This document shows positions 61,730 through 64,000 of a DNA stretch of 64,000 nt, piece by piece (position 1 is the first letter of the stretch; each line of letters opens with the position of its first letter). Origin of the DNA: Glycera tridactyla (lineage: Eukaryota); assembly GCA_965644265.1 (NCBI GenBank), contig OZ286461.1:58404001-58468000 (forward strand), written 5' to 3'. The position numbers and the translations under genes are program-made. The notes under the pieces are model-generated. The model was not told the DNA's origin and did not search any database. It saw only the letters and a list, made by a program, of their open reading frames with translations.

Positions 61730-62010
61730 GTGTTCTGTCCTTTGTATTTAGACTCAGTGGAAGCATGGTTCTAAATCTTTGGATCCAATTAAATTCTATC
61801 CATACCACTTAGGCCATCATGTCCTGGTGATAGGAAGTGTCTGCCGACATCCTCCTTCAGTTTTTCTCCTTTAATTGATCCTACATGGCACCAAAACGTT
61901 CGTGTATGGTGTTTCCTGTCTGCCCTAGATATTGTTTGGAACAAACTTTGCACATGATGCAGTATTTGAGATTGCTGCTCTGGCAGTTGATATTCCATTT
62001 TGATGAATAT
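61730..62010 (-). mobile_element. Penelope-like GIY-YIG fragment
   Basis: Frame-shifted CQSSNLKYCIMCKVCSKQYLGQTGNTIHERF and KEDVGRHFLSPGHDG. Confidence 0.8.
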
Positions 62011-62339
62011 TCTCGACCAGGGCACTATTATTCTATTTGCTTTGTATTACTTTCTTATCACCAATAACCTTGTAGTGTGAGGATGGGAATATTTCAAAGA
62101 TATGCTCGGAATTTTATAGATCATATTGTAGAATATGCAATCTTGTGACTATGTTGTGACTTGAAGTATTTTATTGCGTTCCCAAAATACATCTTCAGTA
62201 TACTTATTCCCCCTTGCTAGTTTCATAACTACTGAATTTATTGTTTATTTAGAAGTTTATTTTGATACTAACAATTTGTACCTCATCACATAAAACTGTA
62301 AGTGGAGTGAATATAGAATTGGACTCAGCCACTGACTTC

Positions 62340-62880
62340 TGTAATACTCCTGGAATCAAGATTGCATACCTAAACATTTGAAGTGTGGTTACGAAAATTC
62401 ATGAAATTAGAGTATTTTTGGTGAGAAGTGAAATAGATGTTCTTACCCTTGCAGAGAGTTTCTTGAATAGCAGTATCTCAGATCTTGAATTGAATATTTT
62501 GAATTACACTATGTATAGATTTGACCGAGACTTGGGTATAGGAAAAAGAGGAGGAGGTGGATTATTAATTTATGTAAAAAAAAAACAGAAATGTTGATTA
62601 CTTACTTCAGTGGTCAGTTTGTACACCTGATATAGAATACACGTGGCTCAGATTGGATTTGAAGGATACGAAACCAACATATATATGTGGATATTACCGT
62701 CCTCCGGATGGTAATTTAGCAAATGCTCTTGAATTGCTTGATAATAAATATTCAGATATCTGATTGATCATGTATTTGTGAGCAATAATGAGTTGTATGC
62801 AAGGAATGGCATATTTGATCTTGGAGTCTCTGATCATTCTATGGTGTTCACTGCTAGGAAAAAGATAAAGGTAGCAAGAA
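62340..62880 (+). mobile_element. CR1/L2-clade LINE apurinic endonuclease (APE) fragment, decayed
   Basis: IKIAYLNI, IDVLTLAESFLNSSISDLELNILNYTMYRFDRD, GGGGLLIYVK, ICGYYRPPDGN, LGVSDHSMVF. Confidence 0.85.
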
Positions 62881-62934
62881 CTAGTCTATGGTAGCGTTGA
62901 AGTGCCAAATTGAAGAAGTGAGAAAACTTTTTTA

Positions 62935-63130
62935 TCTCCTACGTAGGACTTACTATCTCCTACGTAGGACTTACTATCTCCTAAGTAGGACTTAACTATC
63001 TTCTACGTAGGACTTACTATCTCCTACGTAGGACTTAACTATCTCCTACGTAGGACTTACTATCATCTACGTAGGACTTACTATCACCTACGTAGGACTT
63101 GATTATCTCGTAGGTAGGACTAATTATCAC
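62935..63130 (+). repeat. ~21-bp tandem array (tatctcctacgtaggacttac), left array
   Basis: About 9 copies; each contains the palindrome CCTACGTAGG. Confidence 0.9.
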
Positions 63131-63477
63131 CTATGTGGGATACCATGATTCATTCTGGAGAGTGATTCAATATATGGGACCATAAATACCACCATTTATA
63201 CTGCATCATAATCTTGTATTCAGGTGCAGATATTCAGTCCGATATAACCCAAGGTGGCAGAGAGGACGTTTCACCCTAACAAACAAACAAACAAACAAAC
63301 AGACAAACGAACTTGTATTCAGGGTTAGTGATAGTGATGCTCGCAGTAGATAGAGCATATAGCTTCCATCGAGCAGGAACACAATATACACAATCCGCAG
63401 AGTTGAGAACCTCATAATCATCATGAATACTCTATGAGATGATGTTAGGGAGCCAACATTCAAAGATAGAATATGAC

Positions 63478-64000
63478 AAGTCCTACGTAGGAGACAAGTA
63501 AGTCCTACGTAGGAGATAGGTAAGTCCTACGTAGGAGATAGATAAGTCCGACGTAGGAGATAGTAAGTCCTACGTAGGAGATAGTAAGTCCTACGTAGGA
63601 GATAGGTAAGTCCTATGTAGGAGATAATAAGTCCTACGTAGGAGATAGGTAAGTCCTACGTAGGAGATGATAAGTCCTACGTAGGAGATAGGTAAGTCCT
63701 ACGTAGGAGATAGTATGTCCTACGTAGGAGATAGTAAGTCCTACGTAGGAGATAGTATGTCCTACGTAGGAGATAGTAAGTCCTACGTAGGAGATAGTAA
63801 GTCCTACGTAGGAGATAGTAAGTCCTACGTAGGAGATAGTATGTCCTACGTAGGAGATAGTAAGTCCTACGTAGGAGATAGTAAGTCCTACGTAGGAGAA
63901 AGTAAGTCTTATGTAGGAGATAGGTAAGTCCTACGTAGAAGATAATAAGTCCTACGTAGGAGATAGTATGTCCTACGTAGGAGATAGTAAGCCCTACGTA
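63478..64000 (-). repeat. ~21-22-bp tandem array in inverted orientation (taagtcctacgtaggagatag), running off the window end
   Basis: More than 20 copies; reverse complement of the left array unit. Confidence 0.95.

Noticed and set aside
63715-63927. ORF with (SYVGDSK)n repeats
   Set aside because: Translation of the 21-bp tandem array.
62935-64000. CRISPR-like array (palindromic direct repeats)
   Set aside because: The units are contiguous with no unique spacers, there are no cas genes, and the context is eukaryotic.

Overview
AT-rich (roughly 40% GC by eye) eukaryotic genomic DNA with GT-AG introns, many N-runs next to simple repeats, and dense transposon debris. The repeat content looks like a marine invertebrate (possibly hemichordate, echinoderm or cephalochordate); this is inference. 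The ORF track is mostly noise, so I assembled genes by hand from splice sites and intron phases. Three secreted-protein genes emerge. (1) A 5'-incomplete minus-strand gene (7870->3399) encodes two tandem Ly6/uPAR (LU, three-finger) domains and a GPI-type tail. (2) A six-exon minus-strand gene (21091->13642, 406 aa) has a signal peptide, an N-glycosylation-rich segment, a long Gly/Ser/Asp/Thr/Asn low-complexity exon and a GPI/TM-type tail. (3) A two-coding-exon plus-strand gene (45896-46033 + 57198-57338, 92 aa) encodes a six-cysteine, eclosion-hormone-like secreted peptide, split by an 11-kb intron full of transposons; it is not visible in the ORF track. Mobile DNA includes a ~2.7-kb foldback palindrome, an Academ-like element with TIRs and a 3-bp TSD, ~1.6-kb diverged inverted repeats around a 9-kb core, and several Penelope-like (RT/GIY-YIG) fragments with hammerhead-like motifs. 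It also includes CR1/L2-type LINE fragments, a tRNA-derived SINE, TA-flanked MITEs, and 63-bp and 21-bp tandem arrays. No rRNA, intact tRNA or CRISPR was seen.
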